Source: Candidatus Latescibacterota bacterium (GTDB taxonomy: Bacteria; Latescibacterota; UBA2968; UBA8231). Taken from it: a stretch of DNA of 64,000 nucleotides. Both the position numbers and the translations under genes were made by a program. The stretch covers positions 1,056,001 through 1,120,000 of the forward strand of contig OZ244561.1 of NCBI GenBank assembly GCA_965217585.1. Reading direction: 5' to 3'. Position 1 is the stretch's first letter; every line of letters starts with the position of its first letter. This document shows, piece after piece, positions 27,796-36,616 of this stretch. The notes below the pieces were generated by a model. That model was not told the DNA's origin. It made no database searches and saw only the letters and a list, made by a program, of their open reading frames with translations.

Positions 27796-29520
27796 CTAAT
27801 AGGCGATGGTAATAGCACTGCTGCTGCGTTCCGTCCCCACATCCGTTTCCACTTCGACCCGGATTGCGTAAAGTCCCGGCGGCAGCAGTCGACCGTCTGC
27901 GTCCCGGCCGTCCCACGAATACGAGAAGCGGCCGCTCGTCGCCTCCTGCCGGGTCAACTGCGCGAGCCGATTCCCAGCCAGATCGTAGACTGATAGGAAC
28001 ACCGGTGCCATTCTCGTCAAGTGCAACAGATCGTACTCTATGACGGTCCAATCATTGACTTCATCCCCATTCGGGGTGAACGGATTGGGCGACGCCTTGA
28101 TCCGGTTAATCAACCTTCCCGTCAGCGGTATCCTCACGCTCAGATCGTCGCCGGGTAGTTCCGTCGAGGCGTCGCCCTCGTCAATTTCCTGGGGCAAGGT
28201 CTCAATCCGGCGGTCGATGAGGCGTCCGGCAAAGACTGTTTCGTAGCGCAGAACCACGGTGTCGAAAACTACTTCCAGGTGATGCGTTCCGCTCTGGCCG
28301 GCGAATTCGAGCACCAAGCCGCGGGCTCCGGTTGTCGCTGCGAAGTCCAGTTCTCGATCGTCGAGGCGGACGGATCGGACCGCCTCGACGGGGGCCGAGG
28401 TATCGATCTCCAAGCGGTCAAAGCCGCGGGCGTTGACCACGCGGACGACATAGGTAAAGGTCGTATCGCCGACGGAGACCTCTTGGGGCCATATCTCCCC
28501 GATGATCGAATCCGCCAAGGCGGGACGGGAGACTTCAAAAGCTAGGGAGTCGAGGCCCACACCGTCTTCCAGACCGTCGCTGGCAAAATCCACTTTGAAT
28601 TGAAAATAGCGGCGTGGTGCCGGCGAGCGCACCCGGGTATTGCTGCTCTTGTAAGGAGAAGACCAGAGGCTCCAGTCCTCCGGCGCGTCCGCCGGAGACC
28701 GGCTACTGCCGCTCCGGGTGCTAATGGCCAAACGGGACTTTTCGGTCTGCCCCTGGTGCTCCGCCGCCCAACTCAACCGGCCCCAGATGGCTGGTTGGTC
28801 GAAATCGAAAACCTCGGATACATAGACCGCCTCCGGGACGAACCCCCGCCCGAAGATTTCGAGTTCGTCGATCTCCCAATTGAATCGCTGGGTGGATTCC
28901 AAGCGGATGTAGCGCACGTACTGCAGGGGGAACCGGACATTGACCGTGTCGCGTTTGTTGCCGCCGTCCTGGGCTATTTGACTGAACAGGGATTGGTCCG
29001 GCAGTCTGGTGAAGGAAGACGCGATGAGGTCGGCACCGAATACCCCGTCGTTGATGGAGAGGACATACCCTTTGAGAAAATCATCCGGGAAAGAGGGCCG
29101 GGGAAAGAAGCGGATGTGGTTGACCCCGAACCGGGCACCCAAGTCAATGACCAGCAGAATGCCGGTGGCCGCTACGTTTTTGACCTCAAAAGCCGTTTGG
29201 TTGTCGCCGTCGACTATGTTCCGCAGAATGTCTCCGAGGGCCTCTCGGTTCAGGCGCAGCACGGTATGGGCATTCGGCGAGGTCACCCGCCCGCCGCGTC
29301 CGTAAGTCTCTAGGGCGATATTGGTATTGAGGGCTACGTTTCCAGGCAGGATCCATCCCGGTCGGGCGGCAAAGTCGATTACCGGCGCCGAACCGGCGGC
29401 CTCTTCCCAGCGGAGTCCGCTGCCCTCCCCACCCACCACAAAGATTTCCGTGGCCGCGGCGACGGGATTCAGCGGCACCAGCCAGAGCAACGCGCCCAAG
29501 GTCGTACACAAGTTGCGCAT
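27796..29520 (-). CDS. Secreted discoidin-like protein with C-terminal FTPNGD / FlgD-Ig domain
   Basis: Signal peptide, VIDLGARFGV..IRFFPR, ELEIFGRGF, WSLWSSPY, SPAPRRYFQ and PNPFTPNGDEVND...WDGRDADG..LPPGLY. Ends in Tyr. Confidence 0.8.
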   Translation of the reverse strand: MRNLCTTLGALLWLVPLNPVAAATEIFVVGGEGSGLRWEEAAGSAPVIDFAARPGWILPGNVALNTNIALETYGRGGRVTSPNAHTVLRLNREALGDILRNIVDGDNQTAFEVKNVAATGILLVIDLGARFGVNHIRFFPRPSFPDDFLKGYVLSINDGVFGADLIASSFTRLPDQSLFSQIAQDGGNKRDTVNVRFPLQYVRYIRLESTQRFNWEIDELEIFGRGFVPEAVYVSEVFDFDQPAIWGRLSWAAEHQGQTEKSRLAISTRSGSSRSPADAPEDWSLWSSPYKSSNTRVRSPAPRRYFQFKVDFASDGLEDGVGLDSLAFEVSRPALADSIIGEIWPQEVSVGDTTFTYVVRVVNARGFDRLEIDTSAPVEAVRSVRLDDRELDFAATTGARGLVLEFAGQSGTHHLEVVFDTVVLRYETVFAGRLIDRRIETLPQEIDEGDASTELPGDDLSVRIPLTGRLINRIKASPNPFTPNGDEVNDWTVIEYDLLHLTRMAPVFLSVYDLAGNRLAQLTRQEATSGRFSYSWDGRDADGRLLPPGLYAIRVEVETDVGTERSSSAITIAY

Positions 29521-29542
29521 CGGTTTCTACACGCGGGCCATA

Positions 29543-29582
29543 CAAAATACCGCCATACCGGATACTCCCGGCATGGCGGTAT
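29543..29582 (-). terminator. Intra-operon hairpin/terminator after the first gene of the envelope locus
   Basis: Minus strand ATACCGCCATGCCGG-GAGTAT-CCGGTATGGCGGTAT followed by TTTG. Confidence 0.65.
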
Positions 29583-29602
29583 GACCCCACGAAGGGGTAC
29601 AA

Positions 29603-30484
29603 CTACTCGGCAAAGGTGGCCTTCAACCGGCCCCACCCCACCTCCTCCACCGCCGTGGCCTTCTGATCGGCCCAATTGATATCGGGATCGATCGGCGCCA
29701 ACAGGAAGTCGGTGAGCAGATCGCCTTCCCGGAAACTATCCGTCTGGCCGCTCAGCACCCAATATCCGTCGTACGAACCAGAGTCTTCCACATTGTCTTC
29801 ATCGACCATGGTGAAATTGAAACCGACGATCTCGTTTTCCGCGAGTTGGTGGACCACGCTGGTCTCGGCACCGTTCCAGTCCAGGTCGTCCCACCCTGTT
29901 ATCATGGTCTCGGCGTAAAAGAACCCTTCCCCACCCTCTGGAACCGACTGGCTCGTGGCCCAATCGCCCCACGGCGGCATAGTGTGCCACTGCGCCTTGT
30001 GCCAGGCCAAGGTGCCCGGACCGCCGTTATTGATGCCGTAATTTTGCGCCTGGGCGCCGTGCAGGCGGTCTGCTTCCTCCTGCGTATCCACCAAATCGTT
30101 GAACATGCCAAACCGACCACCGCTGTGGTCGGCATCGAATTCAAATTCCATGGAATCCCAATCGGTCAGCACCCAAATGGCGTCGTCGAAGCGGTCTTCC
30201 ATGATGTATAACCTGTTGATGGTGGGATTCCAGCCAAGAATAACGCGCACCGACAAATCCGTCGCGTCCCAACTGGTGCCCAGCCCCGTCACGGTCTCGA
30301 CCAATTGTTCGTGGGTGATCCAATAGGTCTCATTCACTACATCCCACTCGGCGATATCGCCGTCTATGGTGGGAAGGTTGGCATCGGGAAATTGGACAGC
30401 TGGATAGATTACCCCTGCGGGTGTATGGGCCCAAGCTGCGGCGGCGAGCAGGATGAAGCCAGCGGTGAGAAGAAGCCTTTTCAT
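29603..30484 (-). CDS. Secreted CBM9/DOMON-like protein with C-terminal TAVE..WG..K tail
   Basis: Start MKRLLLTAGFILLAAAAWA at 30484. PTIDGDIAEW, DSME..FDADHSGG, GFNFTMVDED. Ends ATAVEEVGWGRLKATFAE. Confidence 0.8.
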   Translation of the reverse strand: MKRLLLTAGFILLAAAAWAHTPAGVIYPAVQFPDANLPTIDGDIAEWDVVNETYWITHEQLVETVTGLGTSWDATDLSVRVILGWNPTINRLYIMEDRFDDAIWVLTDWDSMEFEFDADHSGGRFGMFNDLVDTQEEADRLHGAQAQNYGINNGGPGTLAWHKAQWHTMPPWGDWATSQSVPEGGEGFFYAETMITGWDDLDWNGAETSVVHQLAENEIVGFNFTMVDEDNVEDSGSYDGYWVLSGQTDSFREGDLLTDFLLAPIDPDINWADQKATAVEEVGWGRLKATFAE

Positions 30485-30677
30485 GAGCGTTACTCCAGGT
30501 TTGGGGGGAGGATTATTTTTCTGGGTATGAGGTCCCATTTCTTCGCCTCTGCCAACCTCCTTTCGCAAAAAAGAAATCTGACAAAGCGCATAATTTTGCT
30601 TTGTGATACAACCCATCCATCCATATAATCTACGCTCATAGTAATAAATGTCTCTTAGAGATGTCAAACAAATTTCC

Positions 30678-31508
30678 ATGCGCATCATCGATACCCATGT
30701 TCACGTCCTCGACAACTACGCGCCCGTCGACCCCGACCAAGAGAAAGGGGAAAATTGGTTCGAGGGACGGTGCGAGCGGCTGCTCCAGCACATGGACGAG
30801 TGCGGGGTGGAAAAAGCCGTTCTCGTCCCCGTGGTGGCGGCATATTCGCCACACAACAACGAGGAGTGCGCCCACCTCGCTAAGGTACACCCCGACCGCT
30901 TGGCCACCCTAGTCGACGTTCAGCTCGACAATCCAGATGCGGCGGAGCAGGTTGCCCGGGCCCGGGAGGAATTCGGTGCCGTGGGCATCAGCTACTATCC
31001 CCCGGATGGCGATCTCAGTTGGATGGTGCAGCCGGACCGCGAACCCCTCTGGGAGGCTTTCAGGTCCTGCGGTCAGGTCTGCAATCTACAGATCCGCCCG
31101 CCCGCTTACCCCGTCCTCCTGCAGCTAGCGCGGACCTATCCCGATATCCGCTTCGTGAGCAACCACCTCGGGCTGCCGGCCCAACTCTTCGAGCCGGACG
31201 AGCCCAGTTACGGCGGGCTGCTGGAGGGTGAGTCGCCGTCCAATCTCTTCGTCAAGGCGTCTGGGTTCTATGCCGCGGCAGCAACGCCCTGGGATTTTCG
31301 CTGCCCACGGATTCTGGGCTTCATTGCTCGGTTGCTCGACGGCTTGGGCACCGACCGCGTCCTCTGGGGCTCGGACTGGCCGCCGGCGGCTCTCCACCTC
31401 ACCTACAGACAGAATCTGGAACTCGTACGCAGCTTTGTCGAGCACCTGGACCATGGCGGACGGACTCTAGTACTGGGCGAAAACGCCGCCAGAGTGTACG
31501 GCATTTGA
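30678..31508 (+). CDS. Amidohydrolase_2 family (LigI/lactonase-like) protein
   Basis: IIDTHVH, NHLGLP, VKASG, VLWGSDWP and LGENAARVY motifs. Confidence 0.9.
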   Translation: MRIIDTHVHVLDNYAPVDPDQEKGENWFEGRCERLLQHMDECGVEKAVLVPVVAAYSPHNNEECAHLAKVHPDRLATLVDVQLDNPDAAEQVARAREEFGAVGISYYPPDGDLSWMVQPDREPLWEAFRSCGQVCNLQIRPPAYPVLLQLARTYPDIRFVSNHLGLPAQLFEPDEPSYGGLLEGESPSNLFVKASGFYAAAATPWDFRCPRILGFIARLLDGLGTDRVLWGSDWPPAALHLTYRQNLELVRSFVEHLDHGGRTLVLGENAARVYGI

Positions 31509-31526
31509 CAATCTTCGGTTCGCCTT

Positions 31527-33479
31527 ATGAATACCGTCTCTCTTTTCTTTAATGGCTGTTGTCCCACAGGGGGATGCCAGTGGCTGGTAGGCGTCTTCCT
31601 GAGCGCCCTCTGCGCCGCCTCCTGCGGACAGCAGGAGTCTCCCCCAGAGGAAAATGGCCGGATCCTAGCGCAGGTTGGGGAGAAGACGGTCTCGGTCCAG
31701 GATCTCGAACGCTTCGTCGCTAAGCTGCCGGCCTGGACCACAAGTGAGCAAGAAGGCAGCGCCCAGGTCCGCGATTATCTGCAGACCTTGATCGATCGCA
31801 TCCTCATTCTGCGCGAAGCGCGGATCTTGGATCTGGAGAAGAGCCGGAATGTCCGTAAAAAGCTGGCACGCGTAGTGGCGAAAAAGCTGGGCCAAGAGGC
31901 CGCCTCCCGCCACATCCGGCCCCGAGTGGAGGTTGACGAGGAGGAAATAGAGCGGGCCTTTGCTCAGGGCCACTGGAATCGCCGGCTAAAGATCGCCCAC
32001 ATCGTCGTGAGCACCCGGCAACGCGCCGACGAGGTCGTGGCGGCCCTGCGAGTCGGACGGTCCTTTGATGCGGTGGCGCGCCAGTTCTCGGAGTATCCGC
32101 CCAGTGCGAAGCGCGGTGGCGAATTGCTCCATTACTACAGTCCCGACGGCGCTACTCAGGTAGTGCGCGATGCGCTGTTCCACCTGCGGGTGGGCGAAAT
32201 CTCGGAGGTAGTTCCCAACCCCAAAGGGTACGAGCTTTTCAAAGTCTTGGACGAGCAGCAGGTAGCCTACGAAGAGGTCCGAGACCGGATCCGCAAGGGA
32301 ATCGTCCGGCAGCAGTTGGACGCGGTGCGCCGGTCCTACATCGATTCGCTGGCGCAGCGGTTCGGGCTGGAGCCAGATTCCGCCGGCCTCGGCACTCTGA
32401 TGGGGCTATTGCGCCGGGTCCAGGAAGAAGGCGTGGGGCGTCTATCCGTGGCCACTTCCGCAATGCCGCTTTTCAAGTACGAGAACGGATATATTCCCCT
32501 CGGAGAGGCCATAGAGCAATCGCCATTTATTCGCCACGGCAAAGGCGTCGACGACAGTCTGAAGGTAATCCACTTTCTAGAGCGCGATGTGGTCGTGCCA
32601 CAGCTCTTGCTGCTCTGGGCGTATGAGTTGGGAATTGATCGGGAGCCCGAAATCAAAGCCTGGAGCAAGCACAGAGAGGAGGAGACCCTGATTCGGGAGA
32701 TACGCCGGCTCAAAGCGACGCAGAAAGTGGTCGTGACCGACCGGGAAGTGTCGAGATTCTACGAGGAGAACAAAGACACGTACCGAACTCCTTCGGAAGT
32801 CGAGGTCGTAGAGATTCTGGTCGGGGACGAAACCGAGGCCCGGAAACTGCTCGAGCAGATGGGGTCGGACCTGCACCGGGCGACACCACTGATCGCCCTT
32901 TGCAAGCGGTTCAGACAGAAACTGGCGAGTGGGCGGGCCACCGGGGAGGAGGTAAAAGCCCTGCGGGAACTGGGCGGCGACCCGCCGGTCTTCGCTTGGC
33001 TGAGCCGGCGGCTGGACGACGAAGAGCAAATGGCGCAGGTGCTCGCAGAGATCGCCAGTGCCCCGAGCCCCGAGGACTTGGTGGAGCAGTACATCGCGCG
33101 GCAGTTGGCGGTTGCCCAAAGTGTGCGCCCAGGCAGTGCCCAGACAGAGGGCCATTACCACCTCCACTGGTACGACGAGGCGCGTTTCGGCCCCTTGGTC
33201 AGGGAGGCGATGGAAGCCGAGATCGGCGCTCTCATCGGCCCTTTGGCGATCGACTCTCTCTATTCGGTCGCCAAAGTGATCAGTCGCCGGGAATCGGCGA
33301 TACAGCCCTTTGCGGAAGTAGAGGAGCGGATTACCGCCAGACTGCGCCGAGAAAAAGAGCACGTATTATTCGGCCGCTGGCTGGAAGAATTGCGTGCCAC
33401 CTACAAAGACGAGGTGATCTTCTTCGATGAAAACATCGAAACGCTCGGACGAAAATTCCCGGCGGCAGTTGGGGATTGA
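31527..33479 (+). CDS. Parvulin/PpiC-type peptidyl-prolyl isomerase lipoprotein (SurA/PrsA-like, duplicated architecture)
   Basis: Lipobox LCAASC, HIVV...F..VARQFS...SAKRGGEL, and a second rotamase-like half (VEILV...G.LIGP). Start uncertain. Confidence 0.8.
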   Translation: MNTVSLFFNGCCPTGGCQWLVGVFLSALCAASCGQQESPPEENGRILAQVGEKTVSVQDLERFVAKLPAWTTSEQEGSAQVRDYLQTLIDRILILREARILDLEKSRNVRKKLARVVAKKLGQEAASRHIRPRVEVDEEEIERAFAQGHWNRRLKIAHIVVSTRQRADEVVAALRVGRSFDAVARQFSEYPPSAKRGGELLHYYSPDGATQVVRDALFHLRVGEISEVVPNPKGYELFKVLDEQQVAYEEVRDRIRKGIVRQQLDAVRRSYIDSLAQRFGLEPDSAGLGTLMGLLRRVQEEGVGRLSVATSAMPLFKYENGYIPLGEAIEQSPFIRHGKGVDDSLKVIHFLERDVVVPQLLLLWAYELGIDREPEIKAWSKHREEETLIREIRRLKATQKVVVTDREVSRFYEENKDTYRTPSEVEVVEILVGDETEARKLLEQMGSDLHRATPLIALCKRFRQKLASGRATGEEVKALRELGGDPPVFAWLSRRLDDEEQMAQVLAEIASAPSPEDLVEQYIARQLAVAQSVRPGSAQTEGHYHLHWYDEARFGPLVREAMEAEIGALIGPLAIDSLYSVAKVISRRESAIQPFAEVEERITARLRREKEHVLFGRWLEELRATYKDEVIFFDENIETLGRKFPAAVGD

Positions 33480-33506
33480 ACAGGCCTTCCGGCAGGTGGA
33501 CAGCCG

Positions 33507-34385
33507 ATGATCCAGCGCGAACTCCGCAAGTTGATCCCAGCCCTGCTCGGCCCCGGTCTCCTGCTGCACGTCCTGTTCTTCGTGGTGCCGGCACTCAACG
33601 CCTTTTATTACTCGCTGACCTCCTGGTCGGGCATAACCCCGTACAAGCATTTCATCGGACTGGCCAATTTCGTCCGGGCTTTCTCCGACCGCACCTTTCT
33701 CCTCGCGTTGGAGAACGTCGTCCTCTTCGGGATTCTCGGATTCCTGGTAGTCTTTCCGCTCAGTCTGCTCTTCGCCGTAGTGCTAGCCAGCAAACCACCT
33801 TTTGAACGTTTCCTCAAGTTCATCATCTTCGCCCCTGCGCTCCTGTCCGTGGTCGTCACCGCGGTGCTTTGGGGCAGTATCTATAACCCGGTCATCGGTC
33901 TGCTCAACGAGACGCTGCGGGCGCTCGATCTGGGAGCCTATTCCCAGCCTTGGCTTGGACGCCACAGTACCGCACTGCCGGCCATTACTGCGGCCATGGT
34001 CTGGCAGGGTCTAGGGACCTATGTCATTCTCTTCCTAGCCGGCCTGCAGAAGATTCCCCGCAGTTTCTACGAATCGGCCGAACTGGACGGAGCCAGCGCC
34101 TGGCAACAATTCTGGCATGTGACCCTGCCCCTGCTCTGGGATGTCGTCCAGATTCTGGTCGTTCTCTGGATCATTAACGCGGTTCAGGCCTTCGCGTTGA
34201 TTTTCGTCATCACCCGCGGCTATCCCAACGTCATCGAGGTGCTGGGAACCTATATCTATTGGGCCGGATTTCAGGGACAGAGTGTCGGTTACGGCACGGC
34301 CATGGGCGTAGTCATGTTCCTCATAGTGCTGACCATCAGCCTGCTGGTCAGCCGCCTGATGCGCCGCGAGGCCGTAGAATATTGA
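33507..34385 (+). CDS. Carbohydrate ABC transporter permease
   Basis: FIGLANF, LAGLQKIP and the EAA loop YESAELDGAS. Confidence 0.93.
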   Translation: MIQRELRKLIPALLGPGLLLHVLFFVVPALNAFYYSLTSWSGITPYKHFIGLANFVRAFSDRTFLLALENVVLFGILGFLVVFPLSLLFAVVLASKPPFERFLKFIIFAPALLSVVVTAVLWGSIYNPVIGLLNETLRALDLGAYSQPWLGRHSTALPAITAAMVWQGLGTYVILFLAGLQKIPRSFYESAELDGASAWQQFWHVTLPLLWDVVQILVVLWIINAVQAFALIFVITRGYPNVIEVLGTYIYWAGFQGQSVGYGTAMGVVMFLIVLTISLLVSRLMRREAVEY

Positions 34386-34397
34386 GGAAGGGAAGAG

Positions 34398-35243
34398 ATG
34401 AATAATAGACAATACGGACCGGCCCTGCTGAAGCTCGTCACCATTCTGTTGATGGGCTTCTACTGCCTGAGTTCGCTGGGAGCGATCTGCTGGGTGGTCT
34501 ACACTTCCTTCAAGTCCAATGCGGAATTCTTTTCCAGCACCTGGTCCCTGCCCGCAACGCTGCGTCTAGACAATTATACCTACGCTTGGAAGAACGCCGA
34601 AATTGGCCTCTACTTTTTCAACACTGCCTATATCAGCGCGCTGGCCACCTGCGGGTCCGTGGTGCTATCCGCTATGGTGGCTTACATCCTGGCGCGGGTG
34701 GTCTTTCCCTTCAGGCAGTTAGCCTTCTTTCTATTCTTGGCAGCCTTGATGGTGCCGACCATGCTGTACATCTTCCCGCTCTTCGTGCAGATGCGGCAAA
34801 TGCACCTGACCAACAATCATCTGGGTCTGCTGCTCCTCTACATAGCCATGGGCCTGCCGTTTTCCGTCTTCGTACTCACCGGTTTTTTCAGAACTTTGCC
34901 CAGTCAAATGGAAGAGGCGGCCATGATTGATGGGGCCTCGCCGTGGAAGACCTTCTGGTCGATCATGCTTCCCTTGGCCAAGCCCGGATTGATCACGGTC
35001 TCCATTTTCAACTTCATCAATGTCTGGAACGAATTCTTCTGGTCGCTGGTCCTCCTGCGCAGCGGCCGGCTCTACACCATGGCCCGCGGATTGCAGACCC
35101 TGTTTTGGAATATGTCGACGGAATCGCGCTGGACAGAGCTATTCGCCGGGCTAGTGATCGTCATGCTCCCCTTGGTCATCGTATTTATCTTTCTCCAAGA
35201 CCGCATCACCGAGGGCCTGACCGTCGGTGCCCTGAAGGGATAG
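34398..35243 (+). CDS. Carbohydrate ABC transporter permease
   Basis: SFKSN, EEAAMIDGAS, WNEFF and FLQ..I.EGL..GALKG motifs. Confidence 0.93.
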   Translation: MNNRQYGPALLKLVTILLMGFYCLSSLGAICWVVYTSFKSNAEFFSSTWSLPATLRLDNYTYAWKNAEIGLYFFNTAYISALATCGSVVLSAMVAYILARVVFPFRQLAFFLFLAALMVPTMLYIFPLFVQMRQMHLTNNHLGLLLLYIAMGLPFSVFVLTGFFRTLPSQMEEAAMIDGASPWKTFWSIMLPLAKPGLITVSIFNFINVWNEFFWSLVLLRSGRLYTMARGLQTLFWNMSTESRWTELFAGLVIVMLPLVIVFIFLQDRITEGLTVGALKG

Positions 35244-35246
35244 GTC

Positions 35247-36578
35247 GTGAAACGCAGAGATTTTCTCAAATGCATGGCAGCCGGCACCCTAGGAGGAGGC
35301 TGCGGCAACTACCTGCCCGACGAGGAGCTGATGGAAATCTCGATCCCCGGTTTCCAGCGGCGGGTTTCCCAAGTGCGGATCAATCAACTGCTGTGGAAGG
35401 TGGTGGATCGCTTTGGGGAACAATACCCCCATCTGCGCGTCGAGCCGGCCAGCGGCGGCGGCGGCGGCTATCAGGAGTTGATGATCCGCGTGATGGAGGG
35501 CAACCCCCCCGATATCATGTCCTTTGCTGGAGCCGATACCGGCCTCATCTTCTCTTATGTCAAACAGGGGCACGTCCTCGACATAACCGACTACCTTCAG
35601 ACCCCGGCTTACGACAGCGAGGGAGCGACTTGGCTGGAGACGATCGACCCGCTCTACCACGAAAGCCTGATGTACGAGGGCCGTTTCTACGCCATCCCCC
35701 AGAATGTCTACTCCCTCCAGCTCTACTGCAACGCAGACCTCTACCGGCGCGCCGGAGCCAATCTCAATCCGCAGACCTGGGAACAGTTCCTCGACAACTG
35801 CGAACGCCTCAAACGCAGCGGCGTGGTGCCGATCACCCAGGACGGCATCCATTGGTACACGGTTTGGTGGCTGGAGCACCTGGCCCTGCGCCTGCTCGGT
35901 GCCGAGAAGCTGCGTCAGGCCCTGCGGGATCCACAGCGGCGGACCCCGTGGACTGAAGCGGGTTTTCTCCGGGCCGCCCGCATGGTGGAAAATATGCTAG
36001 ACAGGGGCTACTTCGTCGAAGGTTTTTCCGGGCTCAACCACATAGAGTCCGAATTCCTGTTCTGGCGGGGCCAGGCCGCCACCGTCTTTGTGGGCAATTG
36101 GCTGACCAGTGCGCGGCGGGATATCATGGGGGATTTTCCCCTCTATACCTATGCCTTTCCCGCCGTCGAGGGGGGTGAGGGCAGTCTGCGCGAATTGATG
36201 GGCTATGCCAGAGCCCTCAGTATCCCCTCCCTAGCGCGCCATCCCGAACCAGCCGCCCATTTACTGCGCCTGATAAACAGCCGCTGGCACCAGCAGCAGA
36301 TGGTGGAAGAGGTTCTCAGAATCAGCTCAATCATTGGCGTGTCTATCCCGACTACTCACCAGGGCCTGGACGTCGTCTTGGGAGAGAAAACGAGTTTCTA
36401 CCCCTTTTCATTCGATCTCGAAGGCGAGCACCCCTTTCTATACCGGCAGTACTGGGACGAGTGGAACCGCTTCATGGTAGCCCGCGAAATCTCGGCAGTC
36501 CAATTGCTGGAGAACCTCGAACAGATATTCACCCGCTACTTCCAGAACGCGGCGATCGCCTTCCCCGATCCGCTCTGA
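35247..36578 (+). CDS. Carbohydrate ABC transporter substrate-binding lipoprotein (Tat signal)
   Basis: KRRDFLK twin-arginine signal and a Cys lipobox. GNPPDI, G.FYAIP, LYCN.DL and P.TWEQF SBP_bac_1 motifs. Confidence 0.88.
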   Translation: MKRRDFLKCMAAGTLGGGCGNYLPDEELMEISIPGFQRRVSQVRINQLLWKVVDRFGEQYPHLRVEPASGGGGGYQELMIRVMEGNPPDIMSFAGADTGLIFSYVKQGHVLDITDYLQTPAYDSEGATWLETIDPLYHESLMYEGRFYAIPQNVYSLQLYCNADLYRRAGANLNPQTWEQFLDNCERLKRSGVVPITQDGIHWYTVWWLEHLALRLLGAEKLRQALRDPQRRTPWTEAGFLRAARMVENMLDRGYFVEGFSGLNHIESEFLFWRGQAATVFVGNWLTSARRDIMGDFPLYTYAFPAVEGGEGSLRELMGYARALSIPSLARHPEPAAHLLRLINSRWHQQQMVEEVLRISSIIGVSIPTTHQGLDVVLGEKTSFYPFSFDLEGEHPFLYRQYWDEWNRFMVAREISAVQLLENLEQIFTRYFQNAAIAFPDPL

Positions 36579-36616
36579 CCCCCGCCATGATCCAACCAGC
36601 ATGAGGTCTCAAAGCC

